From the IMG/VR virus record IMGVR_UViG_3300027121_000002, positions 2,120 to 66,119 of that record: 64,000 nucleotides of DNA; one strand, written 5' to 3'. Shown in pieces: positions 27,228 through 37,011 of the stretch. The position numbers and the translations under genes are program-made. The stretch comes from a virus. Its lineage: Duplodnaviria > Caudoviricetes. Under the pieces are notes generated by a model. The model did no database searches. It was not told the DNA's origin and was given only the letters and a program-made list of their open reading frames with translations. Position 1 is the first letter of the stretch; each line of letters begins with the position of its first letter.

Positions 27228-28856
27228 TTATCCTTCTATAATTTGGTTGAACCAACCTTCACTCATATTGTTGATAATTGCATTTGCATCTTCAACTGTT
27301 GATGCAAAATTATTTTCAAGAAGATATGATGCTACAAACTCATATGCTTCATATGACTCTCTATTGAGTTGCTTTTTCTCTCTAGGGGTCAGAACACCTC
27401 TTTGTGCTCCTCTTGCTGCCTGCTTTGCTTTTACGGCAGGGTCATTGGACTGGTGAGCATATCCGTGAAGACCAGGATTTGAAGAAGTTGTCTTACGGAA
27501 ATCACCTCTCTGTGTTCTTGCAAATCTATCTCTTGCCGATCCACTACCTCTAAAAGTTTGCCTATCTGCTAATGCAGTTGCTCTATCAGCAGCCTCTCCT
27601 CCACCTGTTGATTTTGCAATCTTATTACGAATTTCGGTTTCATCATGACCTCTCTTAGCCATCGCAGTTGCTTCATCAATCTCAACTTCTTCATTATATG
27701 ACTTATTTCTAACTGCTGCGATTGCTTCTGCCTTAGACATTCCAGATGCAATCATTCTTGCAATTCTTACATCTGCAAAGTCATTATCACCATCTTGGTC
27801 TTGGTCTTTTTTCTTTGCTTCGTAGATTGAAGCATAAGCACCTGCAATATCTCTAATTGTTTTTGCAGAAGGCCATTCGTAAGATTCTGGTTTCATTTGT
27901 ATTGGTTTAGTCTTTGTATTATTTATAGGTTTTGGTTCAATTCCTTGAGAAGCACCTGCAATCTGTGAAGGTGTAGGTGCTGGTGCTGGTTTTACTGGTA
28001 ATGCTTTAGCAGCCGCAGAACCTGCGGGTGCTCTATTCAAATTTTGTACTGTGTTTGCTCGTGCTAGATCTCTACCTATACTTCCCAAATCAGGGGTTGC
28101 AGAAGTTGGTCCAGTTGTAGGAAGATTGGTCTTCTGTGCTGCTTGAAGTGCCTTTTCTGAATTCTGTTTTGTACTAGTATTTTCTCCAGCAGATTTTTGT
28201 CTTGCTCTTTCTCCTTGTGCTGCTTTAAGTTCAGCAGAAGTTGGTGTTCTTCTTTCAAATGAAGTGTTTCCTAACTTTCCAATTGCTGGTGTTGGGGGTT
28301 TTGGTGCCGATGATGCAGAATTCCTTGCTGCATTTTGTGCGGCAACACTTGCATAACGGGACTTCTCTGTGGCAGTAAATGCTCTTGCTTTAAAATTAGC
28401 ACCAACTCCTGTTCCTTCTACTCCGTCTTTCTTTGAAAGAACTGGAGCAGACGATGCTGGTCTTGGTGGAGGTGTTGAACCTGAACCTGCTGCTGGTCTT
28501 TGTGATTGTGCTGCTTTTGCTTTTTCTGCCTTATCTGCTGCTGCAATAGCAGCATTTTGTGCTCTTGATATTCTTACTTCTTGTTGTTTTTTATTCAAGT
28601 CAGCAGCAAGTTTCTGAGCTCTTAGTTGTTGCCTTTTGCCTGCTTGACTACTGGTCATCCATTCCCAATCGCTAGTCAAATTTGGATCGACTTTTCCCGT
28701 TGCTACAAATTTACCACCTCTACTTACTACCCCTAATCCAGCACGTTCATTTCTGTATTTAATTTGATCTGGTGTAAGTGGACCTTCATTCAACTGCTCC
28801 CCACTATAAACACCCAAATACAACTCATTCAAGGCGTCCAAATCTTTTCTATTCAT
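27228..28856 (-). CDS. Large low-complexity modular late protein (putative internal virion polyprotein)
   Basis: ATAAATA upstream; Pro/Ala/Lys-rich; DQDQDGDNDFAD; C-terminal YEFVASYLLENNFA..ANAIINNMSEGW module. Confidence 0.7.
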   Translation of the reverse strand: MNRKDLDALNELYLGVYSGEQLNEGPLTPDQIKYRNERAGLGVVSRGGKFVATGKVDPNLTSDWEWMTSSQAGKRQQLRAQKLAADLNKKQQEVRISRAQNAAIAAADKAEKAKAAQSQRPAAGSGSTPPPRPASSAPVLSKKDGVEGTGVGANFKARAFTATEKSRYASVAAQNAARNSASSAPKPPTPAIGKLGNTSFERRTPTSAELKAAQGERARQKSAGENTSTKQNSEKALQAAQKTNLPTTGPTSATPDLGSIGRDLARANTVQNLNRAPAGSAAAKALPVKPAPAPTPSQIAGASQGIEPKPINNTKTKPIQMKPESYEWPSAKTIRDIAGAYASIYEAKKKDQDQDGDNDFADVRIARMIASGMSKAEAIAAVRNKSYNEEVEIDEATAMAKRGHDETEIRNKIAKSTGGGEAADRATALADRQTFRGSGSARDRFARTQRGDFRKTTSSNPGLHGYAHQSNDPAVKAKQAARGAQRGVLTPREKKQLNRESYEAYEFVASYLLENNFASTVEDANAIINNMSEGWFNQIIEG

Positions 28857-28903
28857 CTTCTTAGGAGTAGTAAAAAGTACTTTTCTATACTTATTTATTC
28901 TTT

Positions 28904-29494
28904 TTATTTACTCGCAGATGGTGAAACCTTAGCATATACCATTCTTTTTCCAAATTCATTTGCTGTAGAGACTGGTGCTAAATCTTTTGCTGTTCTCAAA
29001 CTCAAATCCATCTTAACTTCTTTATTAGTATCTCCTGCTCTTCCAAAATTACCAGTATCTTGAACTGAAGTTTTAACAACCTTTGTTGCTGTTCCCATAG
29101 GTTTTGTTGTGAGGTCCATTTTAGTACCAAAAGGTGTAGATGGAGTACCTTTCCACACTCCTTTTGGTACTTCCTTCTCTTTGTACTTATAAGGAACAGC
29201 AACTAATCTCTGATTATCATCAAATTTGTGCCCACTAGCAGTTTTTGGCCCTGGTGTATCTGCTTTACTATAAGAACTTACCTTTACTGGTTTCCATCCA
29301 TATCTTTGTTGCTCCTCATCACTATGTGTTCTTTGAGTGAATTTACCAGTATCTTTATCCAAAACACCTGATTGATAATTCTTATAAGCTAAAACTTTAT
29401 TGGAAGGTTTTGGTTTTGGGGTTTCACCAAACCCAAAAAGTTCTTGTATTTGGTATGCTTCGATACAAAACTGTTTAAATGTTTTCATAATCAA
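28904..29494 (-). CDS. RlpA-like (DPBB) lytic-transglycosylase-like protein with capsid-targeting-like N-terminus
   Basis: MKTFKQFCIEA; TASGHKFD, PFGT, VQDTG, MDLS motifs. Confidence 0.65.
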   Translation of the reverse strand: MIMKTFKQFCIEAYQIQELFGFGETPKPKPSNKVLAYKNYQSGVLDKDTGKFTQRTHSDEEQQRYGWKPVKVSSYSKADTPGPKTASGHKFDDNQRLVAVPYKYKEKEVPKGVWKGTPSTPFGTKMDLTTKPMGTATKVVKTSVQDTGNFGRAGDTNKEVKMDLSLRTAKDLAPVSTANEFGKRMVYAKVSPSASK

Positions 29495-31083
29495 TCAACA
29501 AACTGTTTCCAGTATTCATAAGAAGACATCTCTTCTCCCATACCTCTTCTTGCTTTTTTACGTGCTCTTTGTGTTTGTTTAGTAGATTTTGGAGCACCTG
29601 AGTTAGCTCTTATTCCTATATTAGTATCTCCTGGTTTATTTTCCTTACCAACTCTTTTTGGAACTATATCTCCAACTTTTCCTTTTCCTTTTGGTTTTCT
29701 TGTAGCAGGTCTTGATTGATATGCTACAACTTTAGCCTGGGGTGCAGCAGCACTTGCGGCAGCAGCCATAGCTCTTGTATTACCAAGGTGATCATCTGTT
29801 GTTATTTCTTTCCTATCACTTGGGTCTACAATTTTTGAAACTAATTTACCCTTTTTTTTAGGACCAGAAAGACCTTTATTTGGTCCTTTACTCATTCCAC
29901 CAGTAAAATGAACATCTTTTCTTTTCAGACCTCTTATTCCAATTCTGTCCCTCAAATCCTTCGCAAATGATCCGGGGTCATCCATAGGAGTGCTAGGTTT
30001 ATTACTTCCAAATGCAGATCCCCCACGAGCAGTAACAACAGATTTTTTTGCGGGTCTTCTTGGACTATCTCCCATTCCAGCTACTTTTGTTTTTTTAGTA
30101 GTTTTTTTGAATTTATCTGTATCTCTAAATTCATCAAATCCATATTCATGTTTGGGTTCAAGTGGGGTATGGGCAAATTCACTGGGGGTCATTGCTTTAA
30201 CGTGTTTATAGGAACCTGAGTCCTTTTTGTGTAAATCAATTTTAGCAGCATCTGGATGTCTTTGGTCTGCGACATTATCATCCACATCATGTATAACGTG
30301 TGTTTTGCTAACTTTGGGAACAGGTTTTCCTTCTTTATTATATCCTTTCTTTCCAGCATTTTTTGCTCTTCTTTCAGTTCTTGAACGTTTTGCTTCTTCA
30401 ATATACTCTTCAAGAATAACTGCTACAAATTCACTACTCATATGTTCGAACATATTTTCAGCAGTTTCATAACTCTCTGCATAATCTGCAGCAACCAAAG
30501 TTTCAATTACATAGTTGTAAATATTTTCTGTTTCTTCTCTTTGTGCCGCATAATAAGCACCAAGTGCTCTCTTAATTCTTTGCTTTTTGCTATCACCCTT
30601 GAAAGTTTTGCTTTTTGAATGAACGAAATCACTGATTGTCGCACCAGCATCAGCACCCACATCAATCTTTTCATCAAGTTCAAACTCTTCGTTTCTATCT
30701 GCTTTTTGTTTTTTTCTAGTTTCAGCAGCACTAACTACACTCATTTTGTTAAATTTTCTGGTTGCTTCCATTTCAGAATCACTGACTGGAGAAGAATCCC
30801 CTTTGTCTCTAGCATATAGAGAACCTTTTTTTACTTTTTCTTTTTTTGCTTCTACTTTTTCAAAAGGAAATGGACGTTTTTCTTCATCAAGTTCAGTTTC
30901 TTCTTTCTTTACTGACGCAACAAAACTTGGAAGTTGTGGTCCTGCTTTCTTTGCTCTTGCTGCTCTTCTACGAGCAATTTCTTTATCTGCTTTACTTGCA
31001 AATTCTGGTTGTCCCGCAACGTCTGGATGTTCTGCTGCAACACCCTCACTGTAAATTCTTTTGAACTTAGAAATTCCAGACAT
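29491..31083 (-). CDS. Modular late protein with shared module and HAD-like domain
   Basis: TATAAATA upstream; YNYVIETLVAADYAESYETAENMFEHMS; HDVDDN / VVTARG / TDDHLGN. Confidence 0.65.
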   Translation of the reverse strand: MSGISKFKRIYSEGVAAEHPDVAGQPEFASKADKEIARRRAARAKKAGPQLPSFVASVKKEETELDEEKRPFPFEKVEAKKEKVKKGSLYARDKGDSSPVSDSEMEATRKFNKMSVVSAAETRKKQKADRNEEFELDEKIDVGADAGATISDFVHSKSKTFKGDSKKQRIKRALGAYYAAQREETENIYNYVIETLVAADYAESYETAENMFEHMSSEFVAVILEEYIEEAKRSRTERRAKNAGKKGYNKEGKPVPKVSKTHVIHDVDDNVADQRHPDAAKIDLHKKDSGSYKHVKAMTPSEFAHTPLEPKHEYGFDEFRDTDKFKKTTKKTKVAGMGDSPRRPAKKSVVTARGGSAFGSNKPSTPMDDPGSFAKDLRDRIGIRGLKRKDVHFTGGMSKGPNKGLSGPKKKGKLVSKIVDPSDRKEITTDDHLGNTRAMAAAASAAAPQAKVVAYQSRPATRKPKGKGKVGDIVPKRVGKENKPGDTNIGIRANSGAPKSTKQTQRARKKARRGMGEEMSSYEYWKQFVD

Positions 31084-31110
31084 ATGAATAAGTAATACTT
31101 TTTTTTATTT

Positions 31111-31137
31111 ATAAAAAAAAGAGGGGTCGTAACCCCT
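31111..31137 (-). terminator. Intrinsic terminator
   Basis: GAGGGGT-(loop)-ACCCCTC followed by long T-run on minus strand. Confidence 0.8.
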
Positions 31138-31592
31138 CATATTACATTTAATCCTGGTTTTAATACTTCATATTCTCCATTGTTAAAAATAACACCAGAA
31201 TAATAGTCTTTACCATTGAACTCACAAAACATATTATATTCTCTACTATCTTCAAATGGTGTTATATCTATTAAGTTTCCATAAGTATTTTTCCAGATGC
31301 TATGGTATATCGCACATCCATAATTCTCATCATCAATATCTGTAATTAGATAATATCCACTTATTCTTTCCCCCCCATAAGTATTTACATACTTATTTAC
31401 ATTATTGTGGCAGTTTGCATCAGAACATAGAGGTTTAACTACCACAGGAACTTTCAATAGAATAGAAGAAAAACTACAATACTCTTGAAGTTTTATTACA
31501 CACTCATCTTCTGGTAGTGATATTCTAAATTTTCTCTTCAATACTCCACCCATTTCTTCTTGGACCTCTTCTATCATACTTAATTGCGGCAC
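31137..31592 (-). CDS. Hypothetical protein
   Basis: NCHNNV...HSIW...LIDITP; true start probably downstream of 31592. Confidence 0.7.
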   Translation of the reverse strand: MPQLSMIEEVQEEMGGVLKRKFRISLPEDECVIKLQEYCSFSSILLKVPVVVKPLCSDANCHNNVNKYVNTYGGERISGYYLITDIDDENYGCAIYHSIWKNTYGNLIDITPFEDSREYNMFCEFNGKDYYSGVIFNNGEYEVLKPGLNVI

Positions 31593-32259
31593 TCATAGTA
31601 GCATATGAGATATTTTGAGATTTACAAAACTCCTTTAATCCACCAACAATAACATATTCTTTATTTTCTGGAGATGTGAGTTTCCAAATTTTTGCAGATG
31701 GTGGTTTAAAACCTGCAGCATATCTTTCCTTTGCCTTTTCACTTATTTTTCTTTTTCTTTCTTCACTACAAGGAATACCATAACTTGGATTATTCTCTCC
31801 CGCAACCTTTTTACTTATTTTCCTTTTTGTTTCTTCACTATGTTTTTTAGGTCCATATCCACCAACAGAAAGTTGCAAATTTCTTCTTTTTTCTATTTGG
31901 TCTTCCCACTTATCACCATATATTTCTTGGTATGTTTTTCCTCTATGATTTGGTGGTCTTGAGCTTTCACAAATATTTGTTAATATTCCACCCTCATCAT
32001 ATCGTATTCTTCCATATTTTTGTATTAATGATTCTTCATAAAAATAAGCATCATTTTCATTTTCAAAATATTCAACTATTTTGACTTCTGGTTCATACCC
32101 CTCCTTTCTTATTTTTTGTATTTTATTAAATTTTCTTTCATTATCACTTTTTGCTCTTGTTTTTTCGGACAAATGAAAATAAACCCGATCATCTTTTCCC
32201 TTTCCAACATAAAAAGGCAGATTGACTCTTGGGTCTATTAATTCATAAACATAATACAT
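31525..32259 (-). CDS. Homing endonuclease (GIY-YIG-like, NUMOD3)
   Basis: YYVYELIDPR..PFYVGKG; HSEETKRKIS; GENNPSYG. Confidence 0.85.
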   Translation of the reverse strand: MYYVYELIDPRVNLPFYVGKGKDDRVYFHLSEKTRAKSDNERKFNKIQKIRKEGYEPEVKIVEYFENENDAYFYEESLIQKYGRIRYDEGGILTNICESSRPPNHRGKTYQEIYGDKWEDQIEKRRNLQLSVGGYGPKKHSEETKRKISKKVAGENNPSYGIPCSEERKRKISEKAKERYAAGFKPPSAKIWKLTSPENKEYVIVGGLKEFCKSQNISYATMSAAIKYDRRGPRRNGWSIEEKI

Positions 32260-32320
32260 AAACAAGAAACTGAACTCTAATACTATTTATATAATATTAT
32301 ATTTCAGTTTCTTGTATTAG

Positions 32321-33505
32321 TCAAAGTTGAAATCCAGCAAATGTGTTTGCAGCAACATCTTGTTTAATTCCACCAACAATATAAGACTGCACCTGCGTTT
32401 GTTGTGGGCTGACTTGAAGTCCTTTGGAACTAATCCAATGCTCTGTCCAAGGAAGAGGATTGTTCTTAGCAGAAATATCATAAAGTGGTTTAATACCAAT
32501 AGATTTCATTCGACGATTAGCAATCCACTCAACATAACTCCAAAGGAGTTTGTCGTTCAATCCAATCATTGAACCATCTTTAAACAAATACTCTGCCCAC
32601 CTTTTCTCCTCATTTACACAATTATCAAAAGCACTTCTTACCCATTCCTCTTCTTCTTTAGAAATTTGTTGCATTTCTGCATCATCTCCTTCACGCCACT
32701 TATTGAGGATGTTTTGAGTAATGACAAGGTGCTGATTTTCGTCTCTTGCGATGAGAGAGATAATTTTAGCGGATCCTTCCATAAGTTTGAGTTCACCAAA
32801 CGCAAAGCTGCAAGCGAACGAAACGTAAAACCTGATACCTTCGAGAATATTGACATTTGCGACTGCACGATAGAGTTTTCTTTTGAGTTCAATACGTTCA
32901 TCTTTCGCATATCCAGCACCTTCTTGTGCGTGAACCCAAAGATTTGAGTTTCCATAAAGTTGTGCGGAATTAATAAAGTCATCATAAGCACCAGTAACTG
33001 ATGATGCTCTTTCTAAAATCTTTTCATTATTTAAAATGGAATCAAAAACTTCTGTTGGATCAGAATAAACATTCTTAATAATGTATGTATAGGAACGACT
33101 ATGGATCATCTCCATAAACTCCCAAACCTTCATACAGGCTTCCAATTCTGGAAGTGAACAGTAAGGTGCAAATGCCATCCCTGGACCACGACCTTGAACT
33201 GAATCCAAAAGAATTTGATACTTCAAATTAGAAGTAAAGATGTGCTTTTGTTCTGGACGAAGAGTTTGATAATCCGAACGATCTTTCTGCAAAGAAACTT
33301 CTTCAGGTCTCCAGAAATATCCTAACTGTTGTTGAGTTAATTTATCAAAGACAGGATACTTATAAGAATCATATCTTTGAACTCCAAGAGGAGCACCAAA
33401 AAACATAGGTTGCTTTTTGGCATCTACCTCTTGAGTATTAAATACGGTCATTCCTTCAATCATTTTTTCTTTCTCTGCAGTGATTCTAAATTTTACAGGA
33501 TTCAC
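32321..33505 (-). CDS. nrdB: Ribonucleotide reductase class Ia beta subunit
   Basis: FWRPEEV, LLDSVQGR, EMIHSRSY, LEGIRFYVSF, RDENQH. Confidence 0.97.
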   Translation of the reverse strand: MNPVKFRITAEKEKMIEGMTVFNTQEVDAKKQPMFFGAPLGVQRYDSYKYPVFDKLTQQQLGYFWRPEEVSLQKDRSDYQTLRPEQKHIFTSNLKYQILLDSVQGRGPGMAFAPYCSLPELEACMKVWEFMEMIHSRSYTYIIKNVYSDPTEVFDSILNNEKILERASSVTGAYDDFINSAQLYGNSNLWVHAQEGAGYAKDERIELKRKLYRAVANVNILEGIRFYVSFACSFAFGELKLMEGSAKIISLIARDENQHLVITQNILNKWREGDDAEMQQISKEEEEWVRSAFDNCVNEEKRWAEYLFKDGSMIGLNDKLLWSYVEWIANRRMKSIGIKPLYDISAKNNPLPWTEHWISSKGLQVSPQQTQVQSYIVGGIKQDVAANTFAGFQL

Positions 33506-34580
33506 AGTCGTCTTCCCCCCCTTCTAAAAGTTCTTTAACCAAATCGTCAATATTAGTTTTTTCCTCCTTAATTTCGTCGGTCTTATTGTCATATGTATTT
33601 TGATAATATGCCGTCTTATGCCCAAGTTTAAAACAAGTAAGCATATCTTGTGCCATTACGCTAACAGGAACTTCATTATTGGTATAATTTTCTGGATTAT
33701 ACGACCAGTTTCCAGAAATTGCTTGATCGAAGAATTTCTGCATAACTGCAACAATATTAATATAACCACGATTGCTAGGCATATCCCAAAGCAACGTATA
33801 GTTGTTTTTAAGATGTTGATATTGTGGAACAATTTGTTTGAGAGGACCTTTTTTAGATTTCTTAATTGATAAAAATCCACGAGGTGGTTCGATGCCGTTT
33901 GTGGCATTGGAGACGACAGAACTGGATTCAGATGGCATCTGTGCCGTAAGAGTGGAGTGCCTGAGACCAAACTCTTTGATTGATTGCCTTAACGCTTCCC
34001 AATCGTGCTGAAGAGCAACAGAAGAAACTTCATCCACATCTTTCTTGTAAGTATCAATTGGAAGAATACCTTGCGAATACTTAGTGCGATTAAAATATTC
34101 ACAGGCACCCTTTTCTTTAGCAACTTCATTTGATGCTTTTAGAAGGAAATATTGGAACGATTCAGACAATTGATGAACCGCATCCCAAGCTTCTTGAGTA
34201 TCGTAATTAAAACCAAGTTTAGCAAGATAGTGTGCCAAACCAATGTACCCAACACCCAAAGATCTACGTGCTTTGGTTCCAATCTCTGCAGCAACTACAG
34301 GATAGTTTTGATAATCAATCAATTCTTCCAAACCACGAACAGAAAGATTACAAAGATCTTCAAATTCATCATCAGACTTTACTTTGCCAACATTAACAGC
34401 AGAAAGAATACAAAGTGCAATCTCCCCATTGGGATCATCAATGTGTTGAAGTGGTTTTGTTGGAAGAGTAATTTCCTGGCAATTATGGACTAGAATATCA
34501 TTTGCGAAGAAATTATGAGTTCCTTCTACTGTAATATCATAAACTGGGATTTCTTCTTCAAGATATTCAATCTTTAGCAT
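33486..34580 (-). CDS. nrdA: NrdA C-terminal fragment with 33-aa C-intein
   Basis: MLKIEY..PVYDITVEGTHNFFANDILVHN|CQEITLP; MPSESSS; C-terminal CESC. Confidence 0.95.
   Translation of the reverse strand: MLKIEYLEEEIPVYDITVEGTHNFFANDILVHNCQEITLPTKPLQHIDDPNGEIALCILSAVNVGKVKSDDEFEDLCNLSVRGLEELIDYQNYPVVAAEIGTKARRSLGVGYIGLAHYLAKLGFNYDTQEAWDAVHQLSESFQYFLLKASNEVAKEKGACEYFNRTKYSQGILPIDTYKKDVDEVSSVALQHDWEALRQSIKEFGLRHSTLTAQMPSESSSVVSNATNGIEPPRGFLSIKKSKKGPLKQIVPQYQHLKNNYTLLWDMPSNRGYINIVAVMQKFFDQAISGNWSYNPENYTNNEVPVSVMAQDMLTCFKLGHKTAYYQNTYDNKTDEIKEEKTNIDDLVKELLEGGEDDCESCKI
34482..34580 (-). mobile_element. Split intein C-fragment (NrdA)
   Basis: Block F VYDITV and block G HN followed by +1 Cys. Confidence 0.93.
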
Positions 34581-35245
34581 TTTTTTCTCCTATTTTGTTC
34601 TAAAAGTTGTTTAGCAAGTTTTCTTTGAGTTTCGTCTCTATAATAAGGATTATACACCAATCCAGTTTGTTCTTCAATAGATTTATAAAAGTTTTGATGG
34701 TTTCCGTCAAATCTATTTTTGGAGAAATGTTTTGGAAACTTAATATTTAATTCACTAAGAGCAAACTCAACTATTCTTTTCCTTCCACCAATAAATCCAT
34801 ATTTTTTAGCAAACTTTACACCTACTTCTATGAGTTCCTCATCAGTGTATCCAGAATAGTTTGGATTATTGTAACCAATAGTTCTTATGGAAATACCATT
34901 TCTCCACTCTTCCTGAACCTCCTGTGAGCATCTTGGAAGCATCCATCCACCAGTTCCCCCCGAAGTAGCATTATAACCTTTAGTATCACTTTCAAAGAGT
35001 TTAATGAAGTGAGTTTCCTTTTCATTAATAAAGTTTTCATCTTCAGTTTGGTAAGTTTCAATCACAGATAAGTCCCAACAATCTTCCCCATATTTTCTAA
35101 TAGCAGAATGAAATCTAAATTTAGAACCATTTCTTGCTGATGATAAATGACGATTCCAACGATGCTCTAATGGATATTCAGATTTTCCTATATAAGACTT
35201 TCCGTTTTTCTTATTCGTAATTTTATATACAATATAGGTTTTCAT
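34574..35245 (-). CDS. GIY-YIG homing endonuclease between split nrdA halves
   Basis: IVYKITN..NGKSYIGK, RW..H, GYNATSGG. Confidence 0.9.
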   Translation of the reverse strand: MKTYIVYKITNKKNGKSYIGKSEYPLEHRWNRHLSSARNGSKFRFHSAIRKYGEDCWDLSVIETYQTEDENFINEKETHFIKLFESDTKGYNATSGGTGGWMLPRCSQEVQEEWRNGISIRTIGYNNPNYSGYTDEELIEVGVKFAKKYGFIGGRKRIVEFALSELNIKFPKHFSKNRFDGNHQNFYKSIEEQTGLVYNPYYRDETQRKLAKQLLEQNRRKKC

Positions 35246-35304
35246 AATAGGAAGTGTAATCTCATAACTATTTATAAAATGTAGAAATTACACTCCCTAT
35301 CCTA

Positions 35305-37011
35305 TTAGTTAATTACCAACTCATCGGTTTCGGTTAGGTCTTTTGCCACTACATATCCACGATTTTTTGTGAATACTTGATGCTCTGGTGTAACTACAAT
35401 ACTCTTACCACTTTCTTCATCAGTAATTTTCATTACCTTTGCTTTTGGTGATGTTTCGGCAAATGCTGTAATAGGTGCCCATTCTTGTTGATTAGTTTCT
35501 ATATTATAAGAAAGAACTTCTATTTGAGGAACATCATCACAAAGACATGCAATTATAGCTATCCTATCAGAAAGGTAAATTTCTAAATCTTCAATATGAA
35601 TTTCAATCTCACAAACTCTCCAATCAGATACTTCACCAATATCATTATAAATGGGTTCTGGATATCTAATTTTGATTTTAGTATCACCAGAAACACAAAG
35701 ATTACTCATCTCAACCTTATCCATAAAGGATGAGTGAGAATTGCAATGGTCGATATTCATAATGTAAATACGACCAGTTTCAGCACGTTCTTTCAGGAGG
35801 TCCAGAAAGAGTTCTTGAGCTCCGATAGTCTTTCTAGGAATAGACTCATCTCGTTCGTAACGTACATATAACTCGTCAAAAGCATCAGTTCCAAAAGCAT
35901 CATACAGACCAGGAACTGCGTGTGGGGAGAAGAGAGAGACCTCTTCATTCTTGATGAATCGTTCATAGAACAGTTTAGAGATTTGGATAGAGTAGTCTAA
36001 CTTACGAACACGGTTGTCTTCGGTTCCTTTGTTATTTTTTAGTACTAGGATATCTTCGATTTCTTGGTGCCAGATTGGGAAGTGGACAGTTGCTGATCCA
36101 CCTCTGATGCCATTTTGAGTGCAGCATCGGACAGTTGCTTCAAACTTCTTGAGGAATGGGACAACACCTGTGTGCTGAACTTCTCCACCTCTGATTTTAG
36201 CGTTGATGCCACGGATTCTACCTGCGTTGATGCCGATTCCCGCCCTTTGTGCAACATACCTGCCGATAGCCATATCAGAACTAAAGATGCTATCGAGGGT
36301 GTCATCAACATCAACAAGAACACAGCTAGCAAATTGTCGAAGTGGAGTTCGCACTCCTGCCATGATAGGTGTGGGAATGTTGATTTTGTGTTTGGAGATT
36401 GCGTCGTAGTATCGTTTGACATAAGAAATTCTAGTTTCTTTTGGATATCTAGCAAAAATAGTCGCAGAAATCATCATATACATGAACTGTGGAGTTTCAT
36501 ATACTTGCCCAGCACTACGGTCTTGAACAAGATACTTATCAACTACTTGACGAAGACCAGCATAAGTAAATAGATAATCACGGTTATGATTAATATAACC
36601 ACCAAGACGATTAAGTTCTTCCTCTGTATAGTTAGTCAAGATTTCTGAATCATATACTCCAGCAAAAACACATTTCTTAATATGATCTACAAAAGTAGGA
36701 TGATCTTGAACTCTTCCATACAAAGATTTTCTCACCGAAAACAGAAGTAGTCTTGCTGCAACAAATTGATAATTTGGATTTTCCAAATCAATCAAATCAG
36801 ATGCAGAACGAATTAAAATTTCCTGAATTTCTGCTGTTGTAATTCCATCATAGAATTGAATACCAGATTGCATCTCGACCTGTGATGCAGAAACACCAGA
36901 GAGGTCCCTACATGCCTCCTCAACCATTAAGTGAAGTTTATTGAGATCAAGAGGTTCATTATCACCACTTCTCTTAATTACCTTTGTACCGTTGCTCATA
37001 CTCGTTTCCAT
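35305..37011 (-). CDS. nrdA: NrdA N-terminal fragment with 130-aa N-intein
   Basis: ATP cone; PTPIMAG..QFASC; ETGRIY..MSNL|CVSGDTKI...TPEHQVFT. Confidence 0.95.
   Translation of the reverse strand: METSMSNGTKVIKRSGDNEPLDLNKLHLMVEEACRDLSGVSASQVEMQSGIQFYDGITTAEIQEILIRSASDLIDLENPNYQFVAARLLLFSVRKSLYGRVQDHPTFVDHIKKCVFAGVYDSEILTNYTEEELNRLGGYINHNRDYLFTYAGLRQVVDKYLVQDRSAGQVYETPQFMYMMISATIFARYPKETRISYVKRYYDAISKHKINIPTPIMAGVRTPLRQFASCVLVDVDDTLDSIFSSDMAIGRYVAQRAGIGINAGRIRGINAKIRGGEVQHTGVVPFLKKFEATVRCCTQNGIRGGSATVHFPIWHQEIEDILVLKNNKGTEDNRVRKLDYSIQISKLFYERFIKNEEVSLFSPHAVPGLYDAFGTDAFDELYVRYERDESIPRKTIGAQELFLDLLKERAETGRIYIMNIDHCNSHSSFMDKVEMSNLCVSGDTKIKIRYPEPIYNDIGEVSDWRVCEIEIHIEDLEIYLSDRIAIIACLCDDVPQIEVLSYNIETNQQEWAPITAFAETSPKAKVMKITDEESGKSIVVTPEHQVFTKNRGYVVAKDLTETDELVIN
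35308..35697 (-). mobile_element. Split intein N-fragment (NrdA)
   Basis: Block A CVSGDT; block B TPEH. Confidence 0.92.

Noticed and set aside
34574-35305. Group I intron as explanation for the nrdA and gp41 interruptions
   Set aside because: Intein blocks A/B/F/G, separate start and stop codons and no room for a ribozyme core indicate protein trans-splicing
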